Part shown: one piece after another, positions 52,281 through 61,837 of the stretch | Numbering within the stretch: the stretch's first letter is position 1 | Layout of the letters: every line of letters starts with the position of its first letter | NCBI GenBank assembly: GCA_020832905.1 | Contig: JAJHRG010000001.1 | Location: 64,809-128,808 of the forward strand | DNA from: Thermoproteota archaeon | GTDB lineage: Archaea > Thermoproteota > Methanomethylicia > Methanomethylicales > Methanomethylicaceae | Direction of reading: 5' to 3' | Length of the DNA stretch: 64,000 nt | The notes under the pieces: generated by a model | What the model was told of the DNA's origin: nothing | What the model saw: only the letters and a program-made list of their open reading frames with translations | The model's database searches: none | Position numbers and translations under genes: made by a program

Positions 52281-53339
52281 TCAGCCTATCTTTATTTTAC
52301 TCCATTTACTAACTATTATCTCTAAACCATCTACTCCAATTTTTGAATAACATCCATCTATTAATATTTTTGTTCCTTTTTTAACATTATAACTATATAA
52401 TAATTCAGCTTTATCTCCCCAAAAAATTACAGGAAGTGTAAAATCATCATCTTTTAAGATAATTTTAGCAAATTTTTTTCCTGTTTTTGTTTCTCTAAAT
52501 ATTGGATCATCATCAATTATGCCTTCAATGACTAGATTTTCCATATTTGGCTTTATATCTTTTAATTTATTTATATTTATTGGTATAGATAATATTTTTT
52601 CACAAGAAATTTTTACATCATTTTCATTATCTACATATATTTCAATATTTTCTCCAATATTTCTTATTCTTCCTCCTATAATTTCTACATAACATCCTTC
52701 AATTATTCTATGTAGAAATTCATCTGATGGATTCCAGATAAAAACTTTAATGTAGTTTTCTTCACTTTTTAAAATAAAATGCATTACTCTTCCTTCACTT
52801 CCATCTCTTTTCTTATATTTAACTAAATCATAAATTTTCCACACAATACCCTTGTATGTTTTTTCACTAATTATTTGAATTTCTCCTTTACTTCCAATAT
52901 GTACTTCTAGTAATCCATCAAAACTCTCTCTCGTATATGCTTGTTTTATTAAGATTTCTGTGCCTGGCTTAAGCTTATGTAGAAACTCTGCTTTATCATT
53001 CCAGACTACTAGAAGAGCTGAACCACTATCATCCCTTATAATAGCTTTTCCAATTTTTCCCTTTTCATTATCTTTCTTAATAAACTCTTTTACACCAAAT
53101 ACTCTGTCTACAGTCACAATTAATGTCACATTTTTCATCATTGGTACTAAATCTCCTATCTTAACCTTTATATCAGGCTTGAATTCTGATAAAGTAACTC
53201 CATAATCCTTTGCTATTAAATAAATTGCAACTTCATCATCTATTAAATAACCTAAGCTTTTCTTTTTCTCTTCAATAAGTTCTTTTAATTCTTTTTCACT
53301 TTTTCCTGTGATTTTCATTAAGTAGTCACTAATATTCAT
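52281..53339 (-). CDS. Replication protein A-like ssDNA-binding protein with multiple OB folds
   Basis: N-terminal wH-like region, then three repeats of an OB-fold pattern (for example VTLIVTVDRVFGVKEF...AIIRDDSGSALLVVWNDKAEF). Confidence 0.6.
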   Translation of the reverse strand: MNISDYLMKITGKSEKELKELIEEKKKSLGYLIDDEVAIYLIAKDYGVTLSEFKPDIKVKIGDLVPMMKNVTLIVTVDRVFGVKEFIKKDNEKGKIGKAIIRDDSGSALLVVWNDKAEFLHKLKPGTEILIKQAYTRESFDGLLEVHIGSKGEIQIISEKTYKGIVWKIYDLVKYKKRDGSEGRVMHFILKSEENYIKVFIWNPSDEFLHRIIEGCYVEIIGGRIRNIGENIEIYVDNENDVKISCEKILSIPININKLKDIKPNMENLVIEGIIDDDPIFRETKTGKKFAKIILKDDDFTLPVIFWGDKAELLYSYNVKKGTKILIDGCYSKIGVDGLEIIVSKWSKIKIG

Positions 53340-53360
53340 TCACGATCACACTAATACTTC

Positions 53361-53681
53361 TTAAATACTTTCTTTCTTCCATTCATTAATAAGTCTTGCA
53401 TAATCATCATCTGGTACTTCATAAACTTCATACTTTCCAGTTTTTTCAGCTATTGATTGTGCAATTATATGATAACATGTCTTACATTTTCTCCTTATAA
53501 CAACATTTATATAAAATTCATTACATTGACAATACATATTGGGAATTACAAAGTATTCTCTTTTCTTTCCTACGACTATCCATACTACTCTATTACTTGG
53601 CTTGAATATATACTTCTTTACCGATAGGGAATTAACTGCTTCTATTGCTTTTCTTAATTTTTCTCCATTTTCTTTCATTTC
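53361..53681 (-). CDS. Small SWIM-type zinc-finger protein
   Basis: CQCNEF...RKCKTCYHI is a CxC-x(n)-CxH SWIM motif. The start is probably internal (MKENGEKL). The longer ORF runs to 53747. Confidence 0.45.
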   Translation of the reverse strand, partial: EMKENGEKLRKAIEAVNSLSVKKYIFKPSNRVVWIVVGKKREYFVIPNMYCQCNEFYINVVIRRKCKTCYHIIAQSIAEKTGKYEVYEVPDDDYARLINEWKKESI

Positions 53682-53765
53682 TTCTTTAATACTCACATAA
53701 TTGAAATATGAGAAAGAAAAATAAATACTTCTTTCATTTATATCCATTTATTGTGGTGTTAATAA

Positions 53766-55136
53766 TTGAAATTTGATGTTGGAATAGTTGGTGCAGGACC
53801 TGCTGGAATGTTTGCAGCATATGAAATTGCAAATAAAAGTAAGCTCTCTGTAGTAGTAATAGATCAGGGCTATGATGTAGAAAAACGAGTATGTCCAGTA
53901 CAAAACTATAAAAAATGTACAAAATGTTCAATTTGTAGTATAATGAGTGGAGTAGGTGGAGCAGGTACATTATCTAGTGGTTTATTAAATCTTAGACCAG
54001 ATATAGGAGGTAATCTTCTAGAATTTGTTGATGAAAATGAAGCTAATAACTTAGTAAATTATGTGGACTCTATTTTTCTAAAATATGGTGCACCTGAGCA
54101 TGTATTTCGTGGAGATACTGAGGAAGCTATGGAATTACAAAGAAAAGCAGCATCTGTTGGAATTAAATTTATACCAATTACTCAACGTCATATAGGAACT
54201 GATAGAGCTCCTTTGGTTATAAAGAATTTTAAAAAAGATTTAGAAAAATTAAATGTAAAATTTCTTCTTGAAACTAAAGTAGAAGATGTAAGAAAAAATC
54301 AAATAATATTAGAAGATCATAGAATTATTGAATGTAAGTACATATTATTAGCTCCAGGAAGAGTTGGAGCAGATTGGGCTAAAAAATTAGCTCAAAGACT
54401 TGGTATACCAACAAAACCAGAACCTATAGATGTTGGTGTTAGAGTTGAAGTACCAGCATTTGTAATGGATCCTGTAATTGCTGTAAGTAGAGATCCAAAA
54501 TTTCACATATATACTGATACATATGATGATTTTGTAAGAACATTTTGTGTAAATCATCGTGGTTTTGTTGTTAAAGAAGTATATGATAGTTTTGTTGGTG
54601 TTAATGGACACTCAATGGCTGGTAAGCTCTCAGAAAATAGCAATTTTGCTCTTCTTGTAAGAATAACTCTTACAGAACCTGTTGAGGATACCACTGCCTA
54701 TGGTATGTCTATTGTACAACAAGCTACTATACTTGGTGGTGGAGAACCATTAATACAAAGATTAGGTGATTTAAGAATGGGTAGAAGATCTACATGGAAT
54801 AGAATATCTCATAGTCATATAGTTCCTACTCTAAAATCTGCTACTCCAGGTGATATAGCTATGGCAATGCCACATAGAATTGTTTCTGATATACTTGAAG
54901 CTTTAGAAAAACTAGATGAAATAATACCTGGTGTAGCCTCATCTTCTACATTACTTTATGCACCTGAAATAAAATTCTCAGCAAATAGATTTCAAGTTAA
55001 TAAGAACTTTGAAACACCTGTTGAAAATATATTTGTTGCAGGAGATGGTGTAGGACTTTCTCGAGGTCTAGTGTGTGCAGCTGCAACAGGTATTCTTGCT
55101 GCACGAGGTATTCTTAGAAAAGAAGGAATTATTTAA
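53766..55136 (+). CDS. FAD-dependent oxidoreductase (COG2509-like) with a Cys cluster
   Basis: N-terminal GIVGAGPAGMFAAYE (the Rossmann dinucleotide-binding GxGxxG). CPVQNYKKCTKCSICS. The C-terminal GDGVGLSRG is a flavoprotein signature. Confidence 0.7.
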   Translation: MKFDVGIVGAGPAGMFAAYEIANKSKLSVVVIDQGYDVEKRVCPVQNYKKCTKCSICSIMSGVGGAGTLSSGLLNLRPDIGGNLLEFVDENEANNLVNYVDSIFLKYGAPEHVFRGDTEEAMELQRKAASVGIKFIPITQRHIGTDRAPLVIKNFKKDLEKLNVKFLLETKVEDVRKNQIILEDHRIIECKYILLAPGRVGADWAKKLAQRLGIPTKPEPIDVGVRVEVPAFVMDPVIAVSRDPKFHIYTDTYDDFVRTFCVNHRGFVVKEVYDSFVGVNGHSMAGKLSENSNFALLVRITLTEPVEDTTAYGMSIVQQATILGGGEPLIQRLGDLRMGRRSTWNRISHSHIVPTLKSATPGDIAMAMPHRIVSDILEALEKLDEIIPGVASSSTLLYAPEIKFSANRFQVNKNFETPVENIFVAGDGVGLSRGLVCAAATGILAARGILRKEGII

Positions 55137-55148
55137 TTACTTTTGTTA

Positions 55149-55223
55149 TGGGGCTGCCCGGATTTGAACCGGGGTCACGAGGGCCCGAGCCTCGCAGTCT
55201 AGACCAAGCTAGCCTACAGCCCC
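55149..55223 (-). tRNA. tRNA-Pro (anticodon CGG)
   Basis: Minus strand: GGGGCUG...CGAGG-CUCGGGC-CCUCG-UGAC-CCCGG-UUCAAAU-CCGGG-CAGCCCC-A. The D-arm is atypical (CUAG self-complementary segments). Confidence 0.7.
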
Positions 55224-55296
55224 ATTTTCTATATATCTTTTATATATTCTTTCTACCTATATTTTTGTATATATTCCTAATTTATGGTGTAGTACG

Positions 55297-55995
55297 TTGG
55301 AAACAACTAAGGAATATCTACTAAAGAGGATAATAGGTGAAATAGTACTATCTGATATACCTGGTGAAGCTATGAGACGTTGGAGAGAGATTTTTGGAAT
55401 TTCTCAATTAGAATTAGCAAAAAAAATGAAAGTTTCTCCTTCTGTAATAAGTGATTATGAAGGAGGTAGACGAAAATCTCCAGGCTCTATATTTATAAAA
55501 CGCTATGTTAGTTCACTTATAGAAATAGATGAAGAAAAAGGAGGTAAAATATTAGAAAGATTTTCAGTAATATCAAAATCTCGTTCTGATGCTATTTTGG
55601 ATATTTGTGAATTTTCATCACCAATTGTATTAGAGAAGTTAGTAAAAGCAGTTGATGGTGAATTTATTGTATATGAAGAACTCTCATCAAAATATATTTT
55701 AGGATATACTGTAGTAGATAGTATAAAAGCTATTATGTCTATGTCAGGTTCAGATTTTATTCAGCTTATTGGTTCTACATCTGAAAGAGCAATAATATTT
55801 ACTAATACTTCTACTGGAAGATCTCCAATGGTGGCTATTCGTGTAGCACCTATTAAGCCATCAGCAGTTATACTACATGGCATAAGGAAATTAGATAAAT
55901 TAGCTGTAGAATTAGCTAAAATAGAAAGAATTCCTTTAATTATATCAAAAAAAGAAAATATTAAGGAACTTATTGATTCATTACATAGGATATAA
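55297..55995 (+). CDS. XRE-family HTH transcriptional regulator with an uncharacterised C-terminal domain
   Basis: ISQLELAKKMKVSPSVISDYEGG (HTH_XRE). The remainder has no assignable fold. Confidence 0.6.
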   Translation: METTKEYLLKRIIGEIVLSDIPGEAMRRWREIFGISQLELAKKMKVSPSVISDYEGGRRKSPGSIFIKRYVSSLIEIDEEKGGKILERFSVISKSRSDAILDICEFSSPIVLEKLVKAVDGEFIVYEELSSKYILGYTVVDSIKAIMSMSGSDFIQLIGSTSERAIIFTNTSTGRSPMVAIRVAPIKPSAVILHGIRKLDKLAVELAKIERIPLIISKKENIKELIDSLHRI

Positions 55996-56044
55996 TATTT
56001 TCGTTTTTTGTCGATTATAAAAATAGTCAAAAAACGAAAATATT
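55995..56044. terminator. 16-bp perfect inverted repeat hairpin (ATATTTTCGTTTTTTG...CAAAAAACGAAAATAT) with T-runs; a terminator and/or operator between the XRE gene and the mevalonate-entry operon
   Basis: Exact reverse-complement arms separated by 18 nt. Oligo-T tracts on both strands. Confidence 0.5.
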
Positions 56045-56089
56045 ATATATCTACATTACTATAATTCTTAACACATATGTGGTGATAAC

Positions 56090-57151
56090 TTGAAGCCAAT
56101 AATAGATGTAGTTATATCTGGTTGGGGCTCATATATACCTATTTACAGACTTCCTGTTGAGGAAATTGCAAGAATTTGGGGCACATCAGTAGATCATATT
56201 AAACGTGAATTATTAATATACGAAAAATCTATTGCTGGAATTGATGAAGATGTTGCAACAATAGCTGTTGAAGCTGCAAAAAATTCTCTAAAAAGAGCAA
56301 AAATAAATCCTAGTGAACTTGGAGCAGTTTTTGTTGGAACTGAAACAAAGCCATATGCTGTAAAACCTACTGGTACTATAGTTGCTGAAGCAATAGGAGC
56401 AACTCCAAAAATATTAGCTGCTGATTTTGAATTTGCATGTAAAGCAGGAACGGAATGTCTTCAATGTTGTATAGCTCTTGTTGGATCAAATATGATAAAA
56501 TATGGAATGGCAATTGGTGCTGATGTAGCTGAAGGAGCACCTGCAGATCCACTAGAATATTCTGCAGGAAGTGGAGGTACTGCTATAATTGTTGGAAATA
56601 AAAATTATGAAAAAGAACCAGTAGCTCTACTTGAAGGTTCTGTATCTTATGTTACTGATACTCCTGATTTTTGGAGAAGACCAAAAGAAAGTTATCCTTC
56701 TCATGCTGAAGCTTTTACAGGAGATCCTGCTTATTTTAAACATACTATTTCTGCAACAAAATTACTAATGGAAGAACTTGGATTAAGACCTTCTGATTTC
56801 AAATATGCTGTTTTTCATCAGCCAAATGGAAAATTTCCATTAAGAGTAGCAAAGATGTTAGGTTTTAATAGAGAGCAAATAGAATGCGGACTTATTGTTC
56901 CATATGTAGGTAATCTTTATTCTGGCTCCTCATTAACTGGTTTTTCAGCTGTATTAGATATTGCAATGCCAGGTGATAGAATATTATTAGTAAGCTATGG
57001 TTCTGGTGCAGGAAGTGATGCTTTTAGTTTTATTGTACAAGATGGTATTATTGCTAAGAGAGATAATGCTCCAAAAGTTATGGATTATATTAAGAGAAAG
57101 AAAACAATTGATTATGCAATTTATTGTAAATTAAGAGGGAAAATTTGGTGA
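56090..57151 (+). CDS. Hydroxymethylglutaryl-CoA synthase (archaeal HMGCS)
   Basis: Thiolase-fold initiation-enzyme motifs: the active-site Cys in the [14 protein letters not shown] region, FHQPNGKFP and YVGNLYSGS. First gene of the conserved HMGCS/thiolase/DUF35 trio. Confidence 0.8.
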   Translation: MKPIIDVVISGWGSYIPIYRLPVEEIARIWGTSVDHIKRELLIYEKSIAGIDEDVATIAVEAAKNSLKRAKINPSELGAVFVGTETKPYAVKPTGTIVAEAIGATPKILAADFEFACKAGTECLQCCIALVGSNMIKYGMAIGADVAEGAPADPLEYSAGSGGTAIIVGNKNYEKEPVALLEGSVSYVTDTPDFWRRPKESYPSHAEAFTGDPAYFKHTISATKLLMEELGLRPSDFKYAVFHQPNGKFPLRVAKMLGFNREQIECGLIVPYVGNLYSGSSLTGFSAVLDIAMPGDRILLVSYGSGAGSDAFSFIVQDGIIAKRDNAPKVMDYIKRKKTIDYAIYCKLRGKIW

Positions 57152-57155
57152 GATC

Positions 57156-58313
57156 ATGAGAAAAGTTGCTATAATAAGTTATGGAATGACAAAAGTTGAT
57201 AGACATTGGAATAAATCCTTAAGAGATTTATTTAGTGAAGCTACTTTAAAGGCTTTAAGTAGAGTTGATATACCAAAAGTAGATGCTATATTTGTTGGTA
57301 ATATGTGTGCATCAGATTTATGTGATCAAAATAATATAGGAACTTTAATTGCAGATCATATTGGCATGATTTCAATTCCTGCATATAGAATAGAAGCTGC
57401 ATGTGGCTCAGGAGGTGCTGCATTACACTGTGGTTTTATGGCAGTAAGCTCAGGAATATTTGATATTGTTATAGTTGGTGGTGTAGAAAAGCTTACTGAT
57501 GGTACTGGGAAAAAAGTAACACTTTCTCTTGGAAAAGCAGCAGATTTTGAATATGAAGTTTTTTATGGAATTACTTTTGCAAGTTTAAATGCACTTATAA
57601 TGAGAAGATATATGGAAGTATATAAAGTACCAAGAGATGCTTTTGCTGATTTTGCTGTATTAATGCATAAAAATGGTGCAAAAAATCCTTATGCTCAATT
57701 ACAATTTGAAATTGATAGAGAAACTGTTTTAAAATCTGAAGATATCGCAGATCCAATAAAATTATATGATTGTTCTCCAATTGGTGATGGTGCAGCTGTT
57801 GTTATTCTTTGTCCATTAGAAGATGCTTCAAAATATAGTGATAGTTTTGTTGAAATAGCTGGAATAGGAAGTGCAACAGATACCATTGATATTGCATCAA
57901 GAGAAGATTTATTATTATTTAAATCAACTCTTATAGCAGCTAATAATGCTTATAAAATGGCAAAAGTTTCTCCTTCTGATATTGACTTAGTTGAAATACA
58001 TGATGCTTTTACTATAAATGCTGCATTATCTTTAGAAGCTTTAGGTTTTTCTAAAAGAGGTGAATTTGATAAACTTCTTTATGATGGTGCTTTTGAACCA
58101 GATGGAATAATACCAGTAAATCTAAGTGGCGGTTTAAAATCAAGAGGACATCCTGTTGGTGCTACTGGAGTTTATCAAGTAGCTGAAATTACAATGCAAT
58201 TATTAGGAGAAGCTGGAAAAAATCAATTAAAAAATGCTGAAATTGGTTTAGCTCAAAATATGGCTGGTGTTGCTTCTAATTCATTTGTAACTATATTAAG
58301 GAGGTATAAGTGA
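57156..58313 (+). CDS. Acetoacetyl-CoA thiolase (SCP-x-type archaeal thiolase)
   Basis: Thiolase fold with the nucleophilic Cys (GNMCASD) and C-terminal catalytic His/Cys regions (GHPVGATG). Confidence 0.8.
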   Translation: MRKVAIISYGMTKVDRHWNKSLRDLFSEATLKALSRVDIPKVDAIFVGNMCASDLCDQNNIGTLIADHIGMISIPAYRIEAACGSGGAALHCGFMAVSSGIFDIVIVGGVEKLTDGTGKKVTLSLGKAADFEYEVFYGITFASLNALIMRRYMEVYKVPRDAFADFAVLMHKNGAKNPYAQLQFEIDRETVLKSEDIADPIKLYDCSPIGDGAAVVILCPLEDASKYSDSFVEIAGIGSATDTIDIASREDLLLFKSTLIAANNAYKMAKVSPSDIDLVEIHDAFTINAALSLEALGFSKRGEFDKLLYDGAFEPDGIIPVNLSGGLKSRGHPVGATGVYQVAEITMQLLGEAGKNQLKNAEIGLAQNMAGVASNSFVTILRRYK

Positions 58314-58714
58314 TGTCTGTTCCAAGATATTGGAGATGTATACCTCAAAGAATAAAAATGGAAGCTCTAAAGTGTAAATCTTGTGGTAAAACAATTTATC
58401 CTCCTAGAGCAAGATGCATATATTGTGGAGGAAATGACTTTGAAACTTATGTAATACCAGAAAAAGGGCGACTAATTTCATTTAGTATTATTCGCCATGC
58501 ACCAATTGGCTTTGAACATACTACACCATATGTTGTTGGAATAGTAGAATTTGAAAATGGTTTAAGAATATCTTCTCAAATTACTGATGTTGATATAAAT
58601 GAACTAAAAATTGGAATGGAAGTAGAACAGGTTTTTAGAAAAGTAACTGAAGATGGCAAATCAGGAATAATACAATATGCTATAAAATTTAGACCAATTT
58701 TTCAAAATATTTAA
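58310..58714 (+). CDS. DUF35 OB-fold/zinc-ribbon scaffold protein of the thiolase-HMGCS complex
   Basis: CKSCGKTIYPPRARCIYCGG rubredoxin-like ribbon followed by an OB fold. Translationally coupled to the thiolase gene. Confidence 0.8.
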   Translation: MMSVPRYWRCIPQRIKMEALKCKSCGKTIYPPRARCIYCGGNDFETYVIPEKGRLISFSIIRHAPIGFEHTTPYVVGIVEFENGLRISSQITDVDINELKIGMEVEQVFRKVTEDGKSGIIQYAIKFRPIFQNI

Positions 58715-58739
58715 TTATTCTCTATTTTTCTATTTCTTT

Positions 58740-61022
58740 TTGTTGGTGAAAAAATTGCGAAAAGAAGATTCATTAGAATCAGTTTTGTCATCAATCTCAA
58801 ATAAAATCAGAATAGAGATTTTAAAACTAATAAATAGAGAAGGTCCACTTTCATTTACTGAAATTATGGAAAAATTACAAATGGATCCAAAAATACATGC
58901 TGGAAAATTTGGTTATCATCTTAAAATGCTAAATGAAGCTGGATTAATTGCATCAGATGAATCTACTGGAAAATATTATTTAACATCATTAGGTCAGGAA
59001 GTTTCAAATTTTATATACAATATTGAAGATTTTGTAAATAAGAAGAAAAGCGAAATGCTAGTAAGAACTTCAAGTTTAACAATAGAACCATTTGATAGGA
59101 AAAAAATTGTAGAAGCACTAGTTCGTGAAGCTAATATGCCAAGAAGATTAGCTGATAGTATATCAAAAGAGGCTGAAGAAAGATTAAAGAAATCACAAAT
59201 AAAGTATCTAACTGCTGCACTAATAAGAGAATTTGTAAATGCTATTCTTTTGGAAAAAGGACTTGAAGAATATAGACATGTTCTAACAAGACTTGGACAA
59301 CCTGTTTATGATGTTACAATTACAATAAAAAATACAGCAAAACTTGGAGATCCTTCACCAGAAATAATACACTCTATTGCTGGTAATTCTGTACTTGAAG
59401 AGTATATGCTATTAAAAGTTCTTCCTAGGACTATTGCAGATGCACATTTATGTGGTATGATTCATTTAAATAATGCTAATTATTGGGTTTTAAGACCTGC
59501 AAATATTTTTCATGATATAAGACTAATATTAAATGATAAAATATCCATAAATGATTTTGTTCTTCCATATCCTAATAAGCCTATAACTTTTAAAGAAGCT
59601 TTATTTATGGTAAATGCCTTATTAAAGCAAACTATGAGTTATGTATCTGTAGCTCAATCAATTCCATTTTTTAATATTTTTTTAGCTCCATTTGCTAAAG
59701 GAGTAGATGAGAAAGAAATTAAGAAATTGTTTAGAGAGTTTATTTTTAATTTAAATCTAATATTAGGTTGTCATATTCCAAAAGTTTCTTTTGAACTTGA
59801 ATTTGGAATACCTGATTTCTTAGAGAATGTAAAATGTATTGGAGTAGATGGAAAGCAGTATACTTATGGTGATTTTTTTGATGAATCTATTAGAATATAT
59901 AATATACTAATTGAAGTTTTATCTGAAACAGATGGTATTTCAAAACCATTATTAAATCCAGCTTTATTCATAAAGATTAGAAAAAAAGGTAAATTACTTG
60001 ATAAGTTTTATGAAATACTAGTAAGAACATGTCAATTAGCAAGAAAATGGGGTAATGTATATTTTATAAATCAGGAAATACCATGGCAAACTGAAAATGT
60101 TTCCTATAATTTAGATTTATCAAGAGTTGATTCTATAAGTAATTGGGAATATGATACCATAAGAGTTGGTGTATTAGATAATGTTACAATAAATTTACCT
60201 AGAATTGCTTATGAAGCAAAAGGTGATGATGAGCGTTTAAAAGAAAAATTATATGAAATTATGGAAATTGCAATAGAAGCATTAAATATAAAGAAACAAG
60301 TAATGGAGGAAATGATATTTATAGATGGTATAATTCCACTATTTAAAAAGAATGTAAATGGAAGTAGCTACTTTAGGTTAAAGACATCTCCAGGCATAAT
60401 AAGTTATGTTGGTCTTTTTGAAGCATTAAAGTATCATACTGGTAATAGTATTTCAGAGGATAATAGTGCACTTAAACTTGCAAAAGATTTAATATCAATA
60501 ATAGCAGATTGTTGTAGTAAAGCATCTATAAGAGTTCTTCCTTCTAGTATGGTTTCTGAACCTGTTAGTAAAAGATTATTAAATCTAGATATTAAGTATG
60601 GATACATTAAACCTAAGGATATTCTATATTATACTGAATGTTCTAATCTTCCATTATATTTAGCTATAGAGCTTAAGACTAGATTAAAAATAGAAGAAGA
60701 ATTTCAAAAGCTAACTAAAGGAGGTCATTTATTTGATTTTAGACTTGAAGAACCATTTCCTACAGAAGAAGTATTAGCTAATTATACAAAAAGAATAATA
60801 GAGACAACTCAACTTGGCATATTTACATTTACTAGAAGTTATACATATTGTTGGAAATGTAAAACTATAAGCTATGGAACTCATATTAGATGTCCTAATT
60901 GTGGTTATGATGGAGATAAATTAGCAGTATATACTAAGGTATATGGTAGAAATAAACCATCTATATTCTGGAATCAAGAAGAAAAAGACTTCATAGCAAT
61001 TTCAAAATCATTTATTTTGTAA
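58740..61022 (+). CDS. Class III (anaerobic) ribonucleotide reductase-like protein with an N-terminal winged-helix domain and ATP-cone
   Basis: wHTH (LSFTEIMEKL...GYHLKMLNEAGLI). ATP-cone (TIEPFDRKKIVEALVREANMPRRLADSISKEAEERL). A barrel segment TINLPRIAYEAKGD reminiscent of NrdD. C-terminal CWKC...CPNCG ribbon. There is no clear RxxGY glycyl-radical motif. Confidence 0.5.
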   Translation: MLVKKLRKEDSLESVLSSISNKIRIEILKLINREGPLSFTEIMEKLQMDPKIHAGKFGYHLKMLNEAGLIASDESTGKYYLTSLGQEVSNFIYNIEDFVNKKKSEMLVRTSSLTIEPFDRKKIVEALVREANMPRRLADSISKEAEERLKKSQIKYLTAALIREFVNAILLEKGLEEYRHVLTRLGQPVYDVTITIKNTAKLGDPSPEIIHSIAGNSVLEEYMLLKVLPRTIADAHLCGMIHLNNANYWVLRPANIFHDIRLILNDKISINDFVLPYPNKPITFKEALFMVNALLKQTMSYVSVAQSIPFFNIFLAPFAKGVDEKEIKKLFREFIFNLNLILGCHIPKVSFELEFGIPDFLENVKCIGVDGKQYTYGDFFDESIRIYNILIEVLSETDGISKPLLNPALFIKIRKKGKLLDKFYEILVRTCQLARKWGNVYFINQEIPWQTENVSYNLDLSRVDSISNWEYDTIRVGVLDNVTINLPRIAYEAKGDDERLKEKLYEIMEIAIEALNIKKQVMEEMIFIDGIIPLFKKNVNGSSYFRLKTSPGIISYVGLFEALKYHTGNSISEDNSALKLAKDLISIIADCCSKASIRVLPSSMVSEPVSKRLLNLDIKYGYIKPKDILYYTECSNLPLYLAIELKTRLKIEEEFQKLTKGGHLFDFRLEEPFPTEEVLANYTKRIIETTQLGIFTFTRSYTYCWKCKTISYGTHIRCPNCGYDGDKLAVYTKVYGRNKPSIFWNQEEKDFIAISKSFIL

Positions 61023-61023
61023 A

Positions 61024-61356
61024 TTATTTTGAAGTAAGTAATATTATAGCTTGAGCAATATCTCCTTTTGTAGCTTCTAGTGCTTTTCTAGCTTCTTCAA
61101 AACTTCTTCCTGTTTGTGCAGCTACTAATTGTATATCTTCTTCAGGAATTTCAATTTTCTCTTCTTCTTTTTCTTCTCCAATTACTTGATAGATTTTTTG
61201 TCCTCCTATTTTCATAATCATAACATGTGGATTCTTTATTGTGATTTTCTTATCTTTTGTTATGAATATTACTTCTTCAACTCCTTGTATTTCTTCTACT
61301 TCCATTCCCATTTTTTGCATTAATCTTCTAGCTTCTCTTGGACTAATTTTCTTCAT
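61024..61356 (-). CDS. nac: Nascent polypeptide-associated complex protein (NAC alpha, with a UBA domain)
   Basis: NAC domain (KKITIKNPHVMIMKIGGQKIYQVIG) and the C-terminal UBA-like GRSFEEARKALEATKGDIAQAI. Confidence 0.85.
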   Translation of the reverse strand: MKKISPREARRLMQKMGMEVEEIQGVEEVIFITKDKKITIKNPHVMIMKIGGQKIYQVIGEEKEEEKIEIPEEDIQLVAAQTGRSFEEARKALEATKGDIAQAIILLTSK

Positions 61357-61837
61357 CTACACCACTCCTCACTTTTACTGCAATTCCATTTTTAAATCGC
61401 ATCATTTCACGCCCACTTAGTAGAGATTTTCCTACAGCAATAACATTTCCTTTTGAATCTACTATAATTACTTCTTCTCCTGGTCTTATTTCTTCATCAC
61501 AAATTAATACATGTTTTGAAAATAAATTTCTTCCTTTTTTTAAAAATTCTATAGCCTCATCTTTTACACATACTCTATATTTTGGATATGGTAATGCTAA
61601 AATAAGACGTTTTGCACCTTCTATACTTAATGCTAAATAACCATCATTTGTTCTTAAAGTTGCTAGTAATTTTCCATTATGATATATATTCTTTATTTTT
61701 CCTGTTCTTTTAGATCTTATAACCATTACTTCTTCTGGAAAAAGAATTTGCCCACATCCTTTTCCAAATTGAAGATCTGCAATTGCTCTTATTTTTATTA
61801 ATTCATCTTTTGTTATATTACTAAGCATAAATTCCAC
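61343..61837 (-). CDS. PUA-domain RNA-binding protein
   Basis: The C-terminal pseudobarrel pattern PGEEVIIVDSKGNVIAVGKSLLSGREM is typical of PUA. Confidence 0.55.
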   Translation of the reverse strand: MEFMLSNITKDELIKIRAIADLQFGKGCGQILFPEEVMVIRSKRTGKIKNIYHNGKLLATLRTNDGYLALSIEGAKRLILALPYPKYRVCVKDEAIEFLKKGRNLFSKHVLICDEEIRPGEEVIIVDSKGNVIAVGKSLLSGREMMRFKNGIAVKVRSGVDEEN

